64,000 bases of DNA from Scyliorhinus canicula (lineage: Eukaryota). The number at the start of each line of letters is the position of its first letter. The stretch's first letter is position 1. Of this stretch, positions 63,701 through 64,000 are shown piece after piece. The notes under the pieces are model-generated. The model ran no database searches. It saw nothing but the letters and a program-made list of their open reading frames with translations, and was not told where the DNA came from. The stretch covers positions 310,326,335 through 310,390,334 of the forward strand of contig NC_052146.1 of assembly GCF_902713615.1 (NCBI RefSeq). Direction: 5' to 3'. The position numbers were made by a program, and so were the translations under genes.

Positions 63701-64000
63701 TGGCACATTGTCCCGCTATTAAACGGGACACTGGGACACGGTCCCGCTATTAAACGGGACCCTGGGACACGGTCCCGCTATTAAACGGGACCCTGGGACA
63801 CGGCCCCTATTAAACGGGACCCTGGGACACGGTCCCTATTAAACGGGACCCTGGGACACGGTCCCGCTATTAAACGGGACCCTGGGACACGGTCCCTATT
63901 AAACGGGACCCTGGGACACGGTCCCTATTAAACGGGACCCTGGGACACGGCCCCGCTATTAAACGGGACCCTGGGACACGGCCCCTATTAAACGGGACCC
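60725..64000 (+). repeat. 30-33-bp minisatellite (CTATTAAACGGGACCCTGGGACACGGCCCCG)n running off the window end
   Basis: About 100 directly visible tandem units with length variants. Confidence 0.97.

Noticed and set aside
55575-64000. Regular 32-33-bp repeats as a CRISPR array
   Set aside because: Head-to-tail units with no unique spacers, no cas genes, and vertebrate context.

Overview
Eukaryotic DNA from a cartilaginous fish, judged by many HE1-type V-SINE copies, CR1/HER1-type LINEs, Penelope remnants and GC-rich MITEs. Most long ORFs in the supplied track are artefacts of tandem repeats or are decayed LINEs. The main biological content is one + strand gene that can be assembled from 8 exons with canonical splice sites and fully compatible phases: leader 12648-12699; four single-exon Ig V domains with a germline-joined J-like strand (20261-20611, 23477-23821, 26953-27300, 45846-46190); a transmembrane exon (53594-53735); and two cytoplasmic exons (55339-55391, 60155-60198). 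The frame stays open for 560 codons and the last exon is probably beyond the window. The product would be a non-rearranging type I membrane receptor with four Ig-light-chain/TCR-like VJ domains, no C domain, an uncharged TM and an ITSM-type motif (TVYASV). I cannot assign a known gene symbol. Its introns hold a 12.3-kb 21-bp satellite with a 5.4-kb internal duplication, a 4.3-kb 33-bp minisatellite, a >3.2-kb ~32-bp minisatellite and a near-full-length antisense CR1. A decayed env-like viral remnant may occupy the first ~2.1 kb. All alignments and counts were done by eye; no database search was possible.
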